From Felis catus (Eukaryota), in assembly GCF_018350175.1 (NCBI RefSeq), contig NC_058368.1, positions 164,054,001 through 164,118,000 of the forward strand: a stretch of 64,000 bases of DNA, given 5' to 3'. Shown here piece by piece: positions 25,450 through 38,272 of the stretch (within the stretch, counting starts at the first letter, position 1; each line of letters begins with the position of its first letter). The notes beneath the pieces are model-generated. The model made no database searches and was not told the origin of the DNA. It saw nothing but the letters and a program-made list of their open reading frames with translations. The position numbers were made by a program, and so were the translations under genes.

Positions 25450-25496
25450 TGTACCATATTATCTTTTTTATGGCCATAGTTTAAATGATAATTTTT

Positions 25497-25681
25497 AAAT
25501 GTCTATTTTTGAGAGAGTACAAGCAGGGGAGGGGCAGAGAGGGGGACTGAGGATCTGAAATGGGCTCTGCAAGGACAGACTGACAGCAGCAAGCCTGATG
25601 TGGGGCTCTAACTCACAAACCGTGAGATGACAACCTGAGCCAAAGTCAGACACTTAACTGACTGGGCCACCCAGGTGCCCC
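25497..25681 (-). mobile_element. CanSINE
   Basis: body ending ccaggtgcccc; TSD taaatgataattttt. Confidence 0.95.
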
Positions 25682-26789
25682 TAAATGATAATTTTTTGAA
25701 AATAATGTGGTGTTATAGAATGGAATATAGAAAAATAAAGTCTGCTCTTAAAGGTAATTGCATGTTCCATTTTTTAAAACATGTTGTAGACTGACATTTA
25801 TACGGCTTTTTTTCCCGTATTTCATACCTTTTGTTCACTGCCTTTCAATATACTTACACTTTATATGCTATGTTGTGGTAGAGACTATTGGTTTTTAATG
25901 CTCTCAAGTTGAATTGTAGTGATTTAGCTTCATAAATAGGCCAAAGTCATAAAAGGCATGATTTAATGCATTTTCTAAACAATATATGACATTGTATAAT
26001 TAAACCTTAAGTAACTTAACTCATAAACATTGTGATTCTAATGTGCTGCAGAGTCTTTGTGTAAAACAACACAATAAAAGTTCATTAAAATCTATTGTTT
26101 AGTATGGCTTTAAATGTCTTAAGCCCAGAGTTCATTGTATGGTCAATAGGCTTGAAATATTACTTGTAAGAGAAATTTAGACGTATTCAGCATACATAGC
26201 ATCCATAGCATCCAAAGTTTGGAAACAGTTATTTGAAATTAGGGAGGTGAGGAAGTAGGTAGTATAACGTAACATTTACACACATGTACATACACAAATC
26301 CCACCATCTAGCACTACTTACTTTATAACACATGATTTATTTGTACTGGGCGTGTTTATCATGTGCAGCTCTAGTAAAAGCCAGACAGTGTTGGGAATGA
26401 TTAGAGGGACAGTTTCTGGGTTGTTTTTTGTTTTTGTTTTTGTTTCTTCTCTGTGAGGAATTTCTTGGAGGAAATAGCTTAGTAGCACACAGAAAAGTTC
26501 TTCTTATTTTTGGTAAAATCAGATATGAAAGCAGCATATGTATGCTTTGTGGGCATTTGGATTTAGAAATAACATAGATTATATCCTGTCATAGACAATC
26601 AGACATTTAGAGATGTAGTTGTCACTTTTCATTTAATCCACACTCCTCCTCCTTCCCCTATCTCTTATTTATAGTCATAAAATTCTTCCTCCCATTCCTT
26701 AGATTTTGATATACTTCTTTCTCCTGCAACTTAGCTTGAGAAATACAACTTTAGAACATGACTTTGAAAACAGTGACTCAGTTTTTCTT

Positions 26790-27306
26790 TTGGGAGCCGC
26801 CTTGCCCTAGTTTAGTCCATATACTTTGAGCTAATTCCAGCCTAATCTAGGGAATTGGCAGTAGCTCATGGATTTTTTTTTCTTTTTTAATCTCTGGTTG
26901 CAGTTTAGAGATTGATACATGAAGAATGTAGGTACACAAGATGCAGTTCAAAGAATTTGGCATGAACTTGTACAAAGAGGGTCCTTTTATTTATTTATAT
27001 TTTTTGTGGGATTGCTTTCTGTTAGGATCCTGCAACGCTGGAAATGTCAGTACTCACATTATAGAGAGGTCATGCTTAAAATACAACCATTGAAAAATGA
27101 AGCTGTGCTAAGAGATGGAAAGTGATGGAATACTGATCATATTGTTTGAGCTTCTGGGTCTAACCATGCCTGAAACTAACATTTTTTTTTCTGAAATTTT
27201 CAGTCATGGAAAATAGCAAAGTAATGCCTTCCATTTTTTCCCTCTTTGCTTTAATGAATTGTGTTGGTTTTCTGTCCATTGCAAACAAAACATCCTGACT
27301 AATACA
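26790..27306 (+). mobile_element. old MaLR LTR (MLT1J/K-like)
   Basis: attgtttgagcttctgggtctaaccatgcctgaaact...gttggttttctgtccattgcaaacaaaacatcctgactaataca 3' end; 5' boundary approximate. Confidence 0.65.
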
Positions 27307-28349
27307 GAAATGACTCATGGAGATATGCATATTCTATTCATTAATTCTTTACTTACCTGTTTGTCACATATATATACAATGCAATATAATTTTCCTCTAG
27401 CTTGTTACCTCTCTTATCCACAAGCTTTCTAGCAACATGAATACTAATTTTATATTCAGTAACCATAATATAAATTATTCTAGAAGCACAAACAATTACT
27501 TTCTTCAGATTGGATACTAACAGTCATGCCCTCTTAAACCAGTGTAGTTAGCTTATTATCATGTTTACCTGCAACCTCTTTATCATTGAAACTGACACTA
27601 TTCTCTCATGCTCAGTTTATGGTTCTCTTAATTCATAGCATTGCTGTGGCTTGGCTGTTTTGTTCCCTTATTCTCTTTCCAGCTGAGTTTCTGTTTTTGA
27701 GGTGTTGTTGACTCATAGCTCCCTTTCCTTTCTCATATCTACTATATCCCTCACTGCTAACATTTAACTTACCCCTTTTTCATAGCTTCTCCTTTGCTGA
27801 TCCCCTTCCTCTTCTTTTTCCCTCTACAAGTCTTAAAGCATCTTCCAGGAGATACATGTATGAAAGGAGTTTTGTAGAGTAAGTGTGTTTGGATTTCTTA
27901 CTACAGTGTGCAAGGGCATAGCAAGTATTCGATACATGTTTATTGAATTAGTATAAACCTACCTTACTAAAATAGCATTCTGGAGTTCTAAGAAAATTAA
28001 TGCTGTTTCAAAGCTGCCTGATTTATGCCTAGAGAGCAGATTAGACAAGGAGAGAAGTGAGCTTATTAATCTTACCTTCAACATATAGTTAATTTTGATG
28101 ATGCCTGTTAATCACCCGCTACTGTTTGCAAGGTAGTAGCAGCAACCATGTCTCTCTTTTTAATGAGGTTAGGTCTTCTTCCAAATGCTTTAAGAGCTGA
28201 ACAATGAGACTTCAAATGTTGGTAAGCAATTGTTTATCTTTCAGTACAAGGTCCTGTACTATTTCATCCATTGTTTTTCAAGTTTATGAGACTCTGGGGA
28301 GATTATTAGGAAGAAACAGCAGCTGTACTTTGGCGTTCTGATATTGCTG

Positions 28350-29340
28350 CACTCTATTTCAGATCCTCTCCAACACTCATTGCCCGGGTTCTGCCCTTAC
28401 AGAGACCTCTAATGGCCCGGTTCCTCATTTCCCTCAGTCATTATTTCCTCTGACTGCACTTGAGTCCTTGCTGGCTTAGAATTTTTTTCAGTCACCTTTA
28501 TACAGTCTTAGCGCCCTGGATTGCCTGTGCCTTTAACCTATAGCCACATCTGCTGTGTCTGGATCAACTCCTGGCCCAGTTTATCCTTTTTTATGTTCCT
28601 GGGGCTATAGAACATCAATAGTGAATCATTAGCAGGTGTTGATTTGACTTGCTGTGGCCTCTAATTTACTTTCTAACTCACTGTGCATAGCAAGACTTTT
28701 TATTCATCTATCAATTTCCTAGTAACAACTTTTCTAAATTTCTGATTGCTTCAATCCTTTCATCTCAATCCTTTCAATATTGTCAGATAATCTTCCCTCA
28801 CTTCACAAAAGGCTAGAGACCACCACTTTAGCTATAACTTTGTCCATCTTCCCTCTTTACTTGTCATGAGTACCTTCTCTTGATAGGTAGAGATACCTTC
28901 ATCTTTCTTCTTTGCGTCCTTTCCTTTCATGTGGGAGGAAGATGTGTCCTGTCCTTTTTTTAAGATTAGCTACAATCTGTTTACTCCTCAAAGACCTTGT
29001 TTACTCATTCTTTTCTTAATCTATAGCATCTTCAATCTTTTCATCACCAAACTCTTCTTCCTTGAAGCCAAAAATGTACAGAGGTCTCACCTCTTGTTCA
29101 CCATTGTCGAAATTTTGGTTTCAGAATTAACAACCATTGTCCCTTCATAGTTATGTACTCTAACTTTAAGCCACTGTTTATTTAGCTTTGCTGTCTTGAG
29201 TCTGCTGAAATCCTTTCTTTAAATTCACCAATTAAATTACCACATCTAGCAACTTTTTCTCTGTTTTTACTCTATTAATATTTGGCTTTCTCTAACATGC
29301 CATCTTGTTATTAAAATTCTTTCTACCTTTACTACAACAT
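28350..29340 (+). mobile_element. L2 internal fragments
   Basis: pyrimidine-rich sequence with L2-like motifs, e.g. tctgctgaaatcctttctttaaattcacca; boundaries approximate. Confidence 0.5.
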
Positions 29341-29360
29341 CCTAAGCACCTTATTTTTCT

Positions 29361-29555
29361 TTTTTTGTTTGTTTATATATTTTTGAGAGAGATGGGGGGA
29401 GGGGCAGAGAAAGGGGGAGACAAAAGAATCCCTAGCAGGCTCTACGTAGTCAGTACAGAGCCCAATGAGGGGCCTGGACTCACAAACTGTGAGATCATTA
29501 CCTGAGCCAAAACCAAGAGTCAGACGCTTCACAGACTGAGCCATCCAGCTGCTCC
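29361..29555 (-). mobile_element. CanSINE (diverged)
   Basis: gagatcattacctgagccaaaaccaagagtcagacgctt...gagccatccag. Confidence 0.93.
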
Positions 29556-31067
29556 AGAATCTCGTTTTTCTTATCAATAGACTTTTCCTGCAAATCTTTA
29601 TTGCCATGTCCACTTAATTTCCACCTTGTATCTGCTTGGAGACCTAGTATACTACTGTAAGCATCATTTTTTATAATCTTTATTATGACTCTATGATGGT
29701 TGAAAACCAGGATGAGGTCGTAACATCACAGCTGGGCAGATAAGGGCAGCAATTTTGATCTCTACTACTTACCCTACTTAACCTTATTTAACCAAGTTTA
29801 GCTATTACCCCATCCCAACAGGAATTCCATGCTACTTCTAAACAAATTTTCTCACTTTTCTAAAATAATTCCCATAGAATTCCTTCCCTTTTTGCCACCT
29901 AAAATCTCTATGACTGGGAAAAGATACTCTTAGAAGCTAACAATTTCCAAACATCTGTGATGAACAGAAACATTAAGTCACTCTTGCTTGCTTTGAAATA
30001 TTCCCTTCCTTTGATGGGAAAGCTAATATTAACTTCCAGATGAGACATCTACAGAATATTAGTCTGTGCTGTTGAATATCTAAAAAGTGTACCAGGACTG
30101 AGCTAGGATTGCATAAATGGAAAAAGTTTCCTCTCTAAAGGACCTCACAGCTAGCCTGTGCATTAGGGCATTAAGCCTAGCTTTAGCTCATATTTGAAAG
30201 CTTTAACTAGTTTGAATATGGCTACTTTTTTAAGTTAAAATATTCCTACTCATGGGACATAAGTAGATGTTTTATTGGTATTCCTAAAATCATGGCAAGA
30301 TTTCTTTTTTACCCTAATCAGTAACACTTTTGGTTCAGCATGTGAAATTTAATTTTTTTCCATGAAGTATCATTGTTCTTTATCCGATTATAGAGTATGG
30401 GGAAAAATCCATGTTAGTGAATTTATAATTACTTTATGACTTACCACCTTACTATATCAAAATCATATCCATTCCCATTTAAAGGTTTTCAACAAGAGAA
30501 TCATTTATGCTGAAAAGAAAATATGTTAGATACATTCTTGTTCTATTACCTGATAAAAACACAGAGTCATTCAAATGAACATTTACTCAAATGAACATTT
30601 AGTTATCTTACTTCCCCATCTTTAACTGATTATTATTGATTCAGGTGTTATGCTATGTTAACTATGTAATATTACATCATGGCATCATATTCACAGAGAA
30701 ACAGGAACACTCACTTTTTTCATGTGCTAAATACCAGACATTTGTTATAAATGCCAGTGGCGTGCATCCCTCAGTTTAAAATGTTTGTTCACCGTCACTT
30801 TTGCATTTCTCCAAAATATATAGTTGTATAGTTATATAGTTGTATAGGTCACAACCATCACTAACATGAGTCCTGTGAATAGCAAGAAAAATTGAATTTT
30901 TTTCCTTATAATTCAGCTACACTTCTTTGTGAAGAATCATTATTAATTTATCTAATGACTTCGAATTAAAATGCTTTTTTGTTATAATCATTTCATACAC
31001 AATAAACTGTCTTCAATTTTATTGCATTCTTTAGGTTACATGAAGGTGGATAAACAATACATGTTTT

Positions 31068-31291
31068 GGGGCTCCTGGGTGGCTCAGTTGGTTGTGCGTC
31101 CGACTTCAGGTCATGATCTCGCGGTTTGTGAGTTCAAGCTCTGTGTCAGGTTCTGTGCTGACAGCTCGAAGCCTAGAGCCTGATTCAGATTCTTTGTCTC
31201 CCCCTCTCTCTGCCCTTCCTCCACTCATGCTCTGTCTCTCTGTCTCTGTCTTTCAAAAATAAGTAAACATTAAAAAAATTCTTAAGAAAAG
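31068..31291 (+). mobile_element. CanSINE
   Basis: full body; TSD aatacatgtttt at 31056-31067 and 31292-31303. Confidence 0.96.
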
Positions 31292-31499
31292 AATACATGT
31301 TTTATGTATATGTTATATATTGTAATATATATGTATGTATAATTTGTTTTCTCTTATACTACTCTTAAGGAAATTGTCAAGATTAGTTTTAAATGGACTA
31401 TGTCTTCCCATGGAATAGTTTAAAACTCCTAGTCCATTTCATAACAATATATTGAGATACCTCCCATAATAACTCAGAAAGAAGTTTGAAAAGTGGCAT

Positions 31500-32020
31500 C
31501 TTGGGTCCTGAAGAATATGAAATATGGATTCTTCTTTCTTCTTACTATTTTGAGGTTGATGTGTGCCAGTGTACAAGTCACAGAACTTCTTCATGGTTTG
31601 GCTTCTTTACCTTCCATTAATGAAAACATTTGTGAGGGTCATGATGTCACATCTGCCACAGAAATCTCCCACTGGTGTCCATCCTAAGTTTGTGAAGAAG
31701 TATCTTGGTGGTTGGGGTTGGATTTAGAAGATGTGAACTTTGTGGCCTTTGTAAAGTGTAAGGTTCCAATAGTTATGCTTGCTTGGTCAGCCTCTGGTCC
31801 TCTGCAGTATAAATTTGACTTCAAAGATAGTTTGGTGCAAGATGAAGTAAAGCCTTTGTATACTGCAATAGTGACTGGCTCAGGTGCCTCTGCTGCAGAA
31901 GAGGTCTGATTGCTTGCTTGCCTTGCATCCTACATAAATGCTTTTTTATTTGTAACTGAGAGTCTGTTTCCCTTGATATGGAACTCCTTTGGACAAGTCC
32001 TCTGACCTGAACCCAGATGT
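31500..32020 (-). mobile_element. ancient RTE-clade LINE fossil (MamRTE/L4-like)
   Basis: minus-strand degenerate translation gives DLSKGV-HIK, FTSSCTKLSLKSNL..DQASITIGTLH, HQ..HKL..HQWE..V, DLYTG, in the order of RTE ORF motifs as recalled. Confidence 0.45.
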
Positions 32021-32379
32021 CATTTCTTGTATGTTAGGGATCTAATGAGGCATTTCTAGGATGTCTGAAAAATCTCTAGAGCATAAAATCTTTGAAATTA
32101 CTACTCCTGATAGGGACATAATGTGAATACATGATTAAAAGCCTGGTCCTGTTTTTGAAGTGTCTAATCACAGAACAGATAAGAAAATGGTTTTCAAGGC
32201 AGATTCTCCATTCTTCCTCGTACACTTCGCCAACTCAGAAAAATAGCCAGCACTCTCCATTCTGTTCACAGAACATGCTGTCTTCTGCCCAGGTCCTGCT
32301 GAACACACAGGGCTAACAGGCTAGTGGCCTGCTCTAGGGTCTGGTATGTTTTTACACTTGTACCACCAGTTGGCTTATA

Positions 32380-32917
32380 AGCTTACAGCAGTGTATTCCC
32401 AAACTGATTGCGTCAATTATTATTATAATTATGTAATTTACTTGATAATCTATGAGTTAATGTAGTGTGAGTGTGAAAAGAGTTGTTTCCATGATAACTA
32501 ATTAGAATGCTCTGGAAAGGCATGATAAAGGTGAATTGCTAAAAATACCGTGTTCACTGTCAAATTAGGTATGAGCAAGATAAATATAAACAATTGGAGG
32601 ATAAGTTATTAAAATGGAGAAATTTGTTTTTTGATAGAATTTTAAAATTCTTGCTTAAAAGACGAAGTATGATTTATACGTATGATTTATACGTATGGTT
32701 GATGAAAGAAGGAAAAGGGGAAATCACAATCAGGCAGATCCATACATTTGTTGAGAAAAAACCTTGTCCTACATCAAAATATTATATATGATGAGTGGGG
32801 TTTATTTTTCACATAAAATGAAATATTTAAGATATTACATACTTTTTCTTTGGTTTCCTACTTTTTCAATTATCTGACCAATCACTGTTCTAGGTAACAT
32901 AAGACCTTGTCTACTGT
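32380..32917 (+). mobile_element. Tigger/pogo-type DNA transposon remnant (Tigger13-like)
   Basis: degenerate KRVVSM..NALERHDKGELLK..LGMSK and DLYVWLMKE..EK, resembling CENP-B-type HTH domains of pogo transposases; ends ctactg|ta. Confidence 0.6.
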
Positions 32918-33229
32918 AAATGGTTTGGTCCAAGTAACTGTCTTTTGCTGCTTATTTTAACTCAGAATCCCCAATTCTAATCAGGAAGCAGATTATTTTG
33001 CTTGGTCAAATTGAATTTCCTTAGCGTACTGTATTCTACATGGGACCTCAACTACCTTTCCAGCATATCCCCCCACCCCGACCTTTTCTTTACACATCGG
33101 AAGCGACAGCCACATCTCACTTCTGCCTATTCACTAATGATGTCACAGACTTCATGCTTTTGATCATACTGTTTGGGATTCCATCAGCCTCTCACCCATC
33201 TGACCCATCTACTTTGTCCACTAGTGAAG

Positions 33230-33480
33230 TCCTACTCAAATATTCCAGCTGAAATATTCATCTCCTCTGTAAAATCATGCCAACAGGTAACTCCCTTAAT
33301 ATGCCAGGAATCCTTTGTTTTAGCACTTACCAATGGTGTTGCAAGATGATTTTTGCATGCAGCCTTTGTTTCAGCCAGAGTCTAAGCTCCTTAAAGGGGA
33401 AAGAAACCATGTATTGATTGTTTCTGTATCCTCAAATCCTAGCAAATACTAGGTATTCAGTAAATGTGTGTAGAATGAAG
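33230..33480 (+). mobile_element. L2 3' end
   Basis: cagagtctaagctccttaaaggg...ctgtatcctcaaatcctagca...taggtattcagtaaatgtgtgtagaatgaa. Confidence 0.7.
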
Positions 33481-34716
33481 TAACAAAGAGATCAGATTTG
33501 TTTCAAATTGAACTAACAACTAGAATCTTCAGAGAATAAGGTCTCCTTCAGAAGCTAGTGAACTTCCTTGTCTTTCCACCTTAAGTTACCTCTCCTCTCT
33601 TTTCCTTTTATCCCATTCTTGAACTTGTCCCAACTTCTATACCTCTCATTAGTCCTAAACCCACTGTATTTCAATTTCAGCCCCCACAAATTTATGGGAG
33701 ACTTTTAAGAAGATGGGAAACAACTACTGACAGGGAATTCTAGAAGGAATTAAACTATCAGATGGTGGGTTTGATCACATTAAATTTAAAGCTCCCTCTC
33801 ACCCTAATATTCTGTGAGTTACCTTTCAGCAGGTATTAGTGCCCTCACAAATTTATCGTGCCCTTCACATTACGCCATATGGGCTGCCATCTATTCTACT
33901 TGGTAATGATGACTCTCTTATGGAGGCTTTCTTTTATCATCTAATTAGTGATAAATAAGAAGGAGTGGGTAAAGTATCCATTTACCGTTCTACCTACCTC
34001 TTAATAAATCCACAGCCAAGGGAATGGACTGTGAAGAATTGTAAGTTTGTCCTGGCAGATGGCTGGCCATGTACTACTGTCTATTATCTGAGATTATGAG
34101 AATGCTAAAACTTTATGTGTTTGTGGGTGTGTGCACGCACGCTTGCCATGTGTATGTGCATGCACACGTTTCCTACTTTGCATCCATAATTTACACGAAA
34201 CAGAATGGACAGTATACTTCCAGTGTATAAAGGAAGTAGCAAGAAGAAGCAGACTGAGACAGATTCAAACACTGTCAAATGTATTCAGATGGAGTGGGGT
34301 GAAGATGGTCTAATGCATCTTTACCGATTGATTACCCCTGAGCGTAAAAACTAACATCAGCAGATTCAATTTAGGATGAGCAGTTCTCTAGGATGAAGTG
34401 GGGGCAGCAGGATCTTAAGTACTCAGTGTAAATGTCAATTTCTGTCACAAGTATTGTCACAAACTCCAAGTTTCCCCATTGTTATAGTAGCTTTTTTTAT
34501 TGGTAGGGCACTTATTAGGACTACTAAGATCATGGAAATTACCTAGAGCCCAGTATTTGTAACAGTCAATACTTAATGTCATGATGTTCTATAGAAAATT
34601 CTGCTAGTTCTGGATACTGGGTGATCATTTCAATTCTTTGCTGATTATTTCCTAAAGACATGCTCTACACTTATATTCTACCACAAATGGTCAAAAACTC
34701 TGAAGTCTTTTTTTTT

Positions 34717-34922
34717 TCCAACGTTTTTATTTATTTTTGGGACAGAGAGAGACAGAGCATGAACGGGGGAGGGGCAGAGAGAGAGGGAGACACAGAATCG
34801 GAAGCAGGCTCCAGCTCCGAGCCATCAGCCCAGAGCCTGATGCGGGGCTCGAACTCACGGACCGCGAGATCGTGACCTGGCTGAAGTCGGACGCTTAACC
34901 GACTGCGCCACCCAGGCGCCCC
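34717..34922 (-). mobile_element. very young felid CanSINE
   Basis: CpGs intact; TSD tgaagtcttttttttt at 34701 and 34923. Confidence 0.98.
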
Positions 34923-35177
34923 TGAAGTCTTTTTTTTTATGATTATATGTGGCTGATAATTTTACTTCTCTAAAGCTACTTTGTTGGGAGAAATTTGGTT
35001 TAAGATTTCCAAACAAAAAGTGGGGATTTAACCATATGAATTTCCACTGTATTTACAAACATAAAGTTTCACTAAATAAGTTGATGTAGGGCTCTGAAAT
35101 TTTACCTTTAGTGAGACTAGAAAATAAGCATTTTGAAATATGTTTCCTGGAAATCTGGTTAATGCTAACATCGCAAA

Positions 35178-35178
<1 letters not shown>

Positions 35179-35224
<46 letters not shown>

Positions 35225-35237
35225 CGCGCGCGCACGC
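35179..35237. repeat. (TG)20 microsatellite followed by a (CG)n-rich tract
   Basis: visible directly in the sequence. Confidence 0.97.
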
Positions 35238-37250
35238 TCATGCACACACGTATGAAAGAGAGACCTACAAGTAATAAGAAAAAAATGTAGTAGACCCACC
35301 ATCTGTAAAGTCAAATAGGACACAGACTAGAAACAAATGAACACTTTCAAAACTTAATAAAAAACCCAGGTGAGGGTATGTAAGCTAGCATACAGTTACA
35401 TCTTTTAACCACAAGAAATTGCATTTCAAGTTCCTGTCAAACAAAGCCACATATATCAGACACTTAAAACGAAAACTGACATTAGTACCAGCCATTGCAC
35501 AAAGGCATGCAACAGTCCTCAAGTTTGGCTGTTTGCAGCATCTGTAACCTGCAGTTAGCTGTGACTGATTCAAGTTTATGTCCTTGAAATAGAAAGCGAA
35601 GCACCCTGGTAGATAAAATTAATTGATGAAATTTAGGTATATGATTTAATGTACCAAAAAATGAGTCACATGGAAAACAGAAATTAATATATATTCATAA
35701 CAAAATTACCCTTTGGCTCGTTGACAGCAGGGAGCAAAATAATTCTGGGATCGAGAGGAATTCAGGTTAGAGCTGAGGGACTTTGCCTGTTACACAATTA
35801 CCTTGTGGCCTGAAGGAGCCAGTGTCTTGCCCTAGGCAATGCTATCACTCTCAAGTATTCCAAAGCCCTAAACAATTCACTCACTTCCTCTCCAAAATTG
35901 TATGCATAGATGATAATCCAGGGGAACTAGGGAGGTCCAGATGCCCTATTATTAATATCTGGCATGTAATATTTCATTCATAAAGTAATGACTTTGGTTC
36001 CTTGGACCCTCAGCAAGAAGCTAAAACAAATGTGACTACACTTTATAATAAGCGACAAATCTCTCCTTGCTCCCTTTTGGTATTCATTGTGATATCATTA
36101 ATCAGTGCTGTACTCCTGATAATAAATCGTGATGTTCCCGAGAATACGAAAATGCATTATTCCTCTGTTGTCCAGTATTCTGTGTGCTATACTCTTAGTT
36201 AAAAACAACTAGAAGGGTTTAGGAAAAGCATTTAGTTTAAATTCAGTTATTCACCTATTTTACTTTTGAGACCATCACGATTACCTTGGGATCTCATTAA
36301 GAACTGTGAAGATTGCTTTGTCATTTGTCTATGGTCCCTGGAAGGAAAATAAAATTCCTTCTTTTTGATTTTGAATCTGTAGTCTAGGAATGTTTGTTTT
36401 TTTCAATCTATATATTATGAATATGCATATTTCCCTGTTCTGGTATCCATTGCAGATGATGGACATAAAAAGGGAGGAAAAATTATGTCCATTTGATCCC
36501 CTTCCTAATGGGAACATTATCCATCTGTTCTTAATAGACTGTAATCAGCCCTATTTATTTTTGATTTTTTTCCTAAAAGAAATTGACAAAGACAAAATAA
36601 AAGATGCATTTAGGATTTGAGAAAAATAGCTTCCTCATCATGAATCTCTACTAGATCTAATTTGTACCATGTCACAGATCACAACATGAAAGCAATATCA
36701 ACAGATTAAAATAATACTCGTACAATCTGCAATCAAAACAGAAACAGTTGGCATTTGATGTCTGACACTCATGCTTTCCAAGTGTATTTTTAAAATCGAA
36801 GTAACAGTAATATCTACTTACTAAAAAAAGTAAGATGGGTTTATAAAACAAGGCTTAGAATGAGTTTTCTTTTGCACCACACCCCAGGCCCTATTCCTAG
36901 AGGAACTATGTTCAAACCTGTCAGCTGTTTTACTCCTGATTTCTACCCCATATTTCTAAATTAAATGGCTTCTGTATGTGTATGTTCTTTTTCTTCCAAT
37001 ATTATCCCAGCACAGTTACATAGTAATAGTTGATTAAATTAGTATTCAGTCTTTGTATTAATGATTATATAAATACTGTTAACCGATATGTCAAATGGCA
37101 TAATCTATTACCTTTCTGGTGTTATTCATTTTTTTTTTGAAAATTGCCTTTTACATTTTCTCCCTATCTGTTTTCAGACTCTTCTACAGAACTGTGAAAT
37201 ACCTCTTGATACCTTTTCCACGTGGTAAAATATATCAGATAATCTGTTAG

Positions 37251-37341
37251 TTCCTTCCTTCCTTCCTTCCTTCCTTCCTTCCTTCCTTCCTTCCTTCCTT
37301 CCTTCCTTCCTTCCTTCCTTCCTTCCTTCCTTCCTTCCTTC

Positions 37342-37402
<61 letters not shown>
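37251..37402. repeat. compound tetranucleotide STR (TTCC)23(TTTC)15
   Basis: direct count from the sequence. Confidence 0.98.
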
Positions 37403-37405
<3 letters not shown>

Positions 37406-37410
37406 TTTCA

Positions 37411-37556
37411 CCAGGACACATTGGACTTGGAGCATGCTCACTGTAGGCATGAGGCAGTTTGTGCTGCACAATGGCAGGGTGTATATTTATACAGACTATG
37501 ATTGAATGGCAACTTCTACCCCCATTCCAAGATAGTTTTACAATGCAGTGGCCCTG
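37411..37556. mobile_element. MER91-like hAT-Tip100 element
   Basis: tgtgctgcacaatggcaggg...cagactatgattgaatggc...gcagtggccctg. Confidence 0.5.
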
Positions 37557-38067
37557 AACTCCTTGGACACCTTATCTACACTAGTTGTTCCTAACCACAC
37601 TAAGTTGTTCTCCACCCCTGATGCATGTGTGTCGCCCAGGGTCTTCTCTTTATCATTATTGTCATATTCCTTTCATCTGTCTCTGTGTTTTCCTGGATTT
37701 TAGGCTTTCATTGTTCTTGGTTCTCTACCTCATTTTAGTGGAGCTCTTTTCTAGTTGGTACCGGAAAGCATGCAAAGGATGTAAAGCTTGCATGTTTAAC
37801 AGTATTTTCATTTTGCTCACCCACTTGCTCGATTGGCTGGTTATAAAATCATAGTTTGAAATGTTTTCCTCAGAATTGTAGGGCATTTCCCTCTGTAGAT
37901 GTTCTACATTGCTGTGTTATATTGTATCTCAGTATTTGTGTATAATCTTTATATTTTTTTCTATGGAAATAATTCATACCAAATGTTTTAGAATTTTATG
38001 ATAATGGTACTCATTAGTCTCTTTCAATGTGGCAAGTAACCTTCAGTTGTGGGGATTATTATTTCTT

Positions 38068-38272
38068 TTTAAAATTTTTTTTTAAGTTTACCAGTTTATT
38101 TTTGAGAGAGAGAAAGCACGAGTCAGGGAAGGGCAGAGAGGGATAGAGAAGATCTCAAACAGGCTCAGTACTGTCAGTGCAGAACCTGATGGAGGGCTTG
38201 AACCCACAAACTGTGAGATTGTGATGTGAGCTGAAGTCAGAGGCTTAACTGATGGAGCCACCCAGGTGTCCC
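38068..38272 (-). mobile_element. CanSINE
   Basis: body ending gagccacccaggtgtccc; degenerate TSD ggg..tattatttctt. Confidence 0.94.

Noticed and set aside
24629..25498. Recurrent ORFs such as GAWVAQSVK...SSSPASGSGL (also near 2280, 16383, 42026, 44793, 48161)
   Set aside because: These are translations of CanSINE bodies, not genes.
27349..27360. Consensus minus-strand donors (CAG|GTAAGT here; similar near 18940, 28072, 41315)
   Set aside because: I found no paired acceptor with an open frame at exon-like distance; such sites are expected by chance.
32594..32791. ORF with a transposase-like DLYVWLMKE segment as a possible domesticated TIGD gene
   Set aside because: Frameshifted and truncated, with no DDE domain; this is a Tigger remnant.
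37164..37471. KERK/KEGR-rich ORFs
   Set aside because: Translation of the (TTCC)n(TTTC)n microsatellite.
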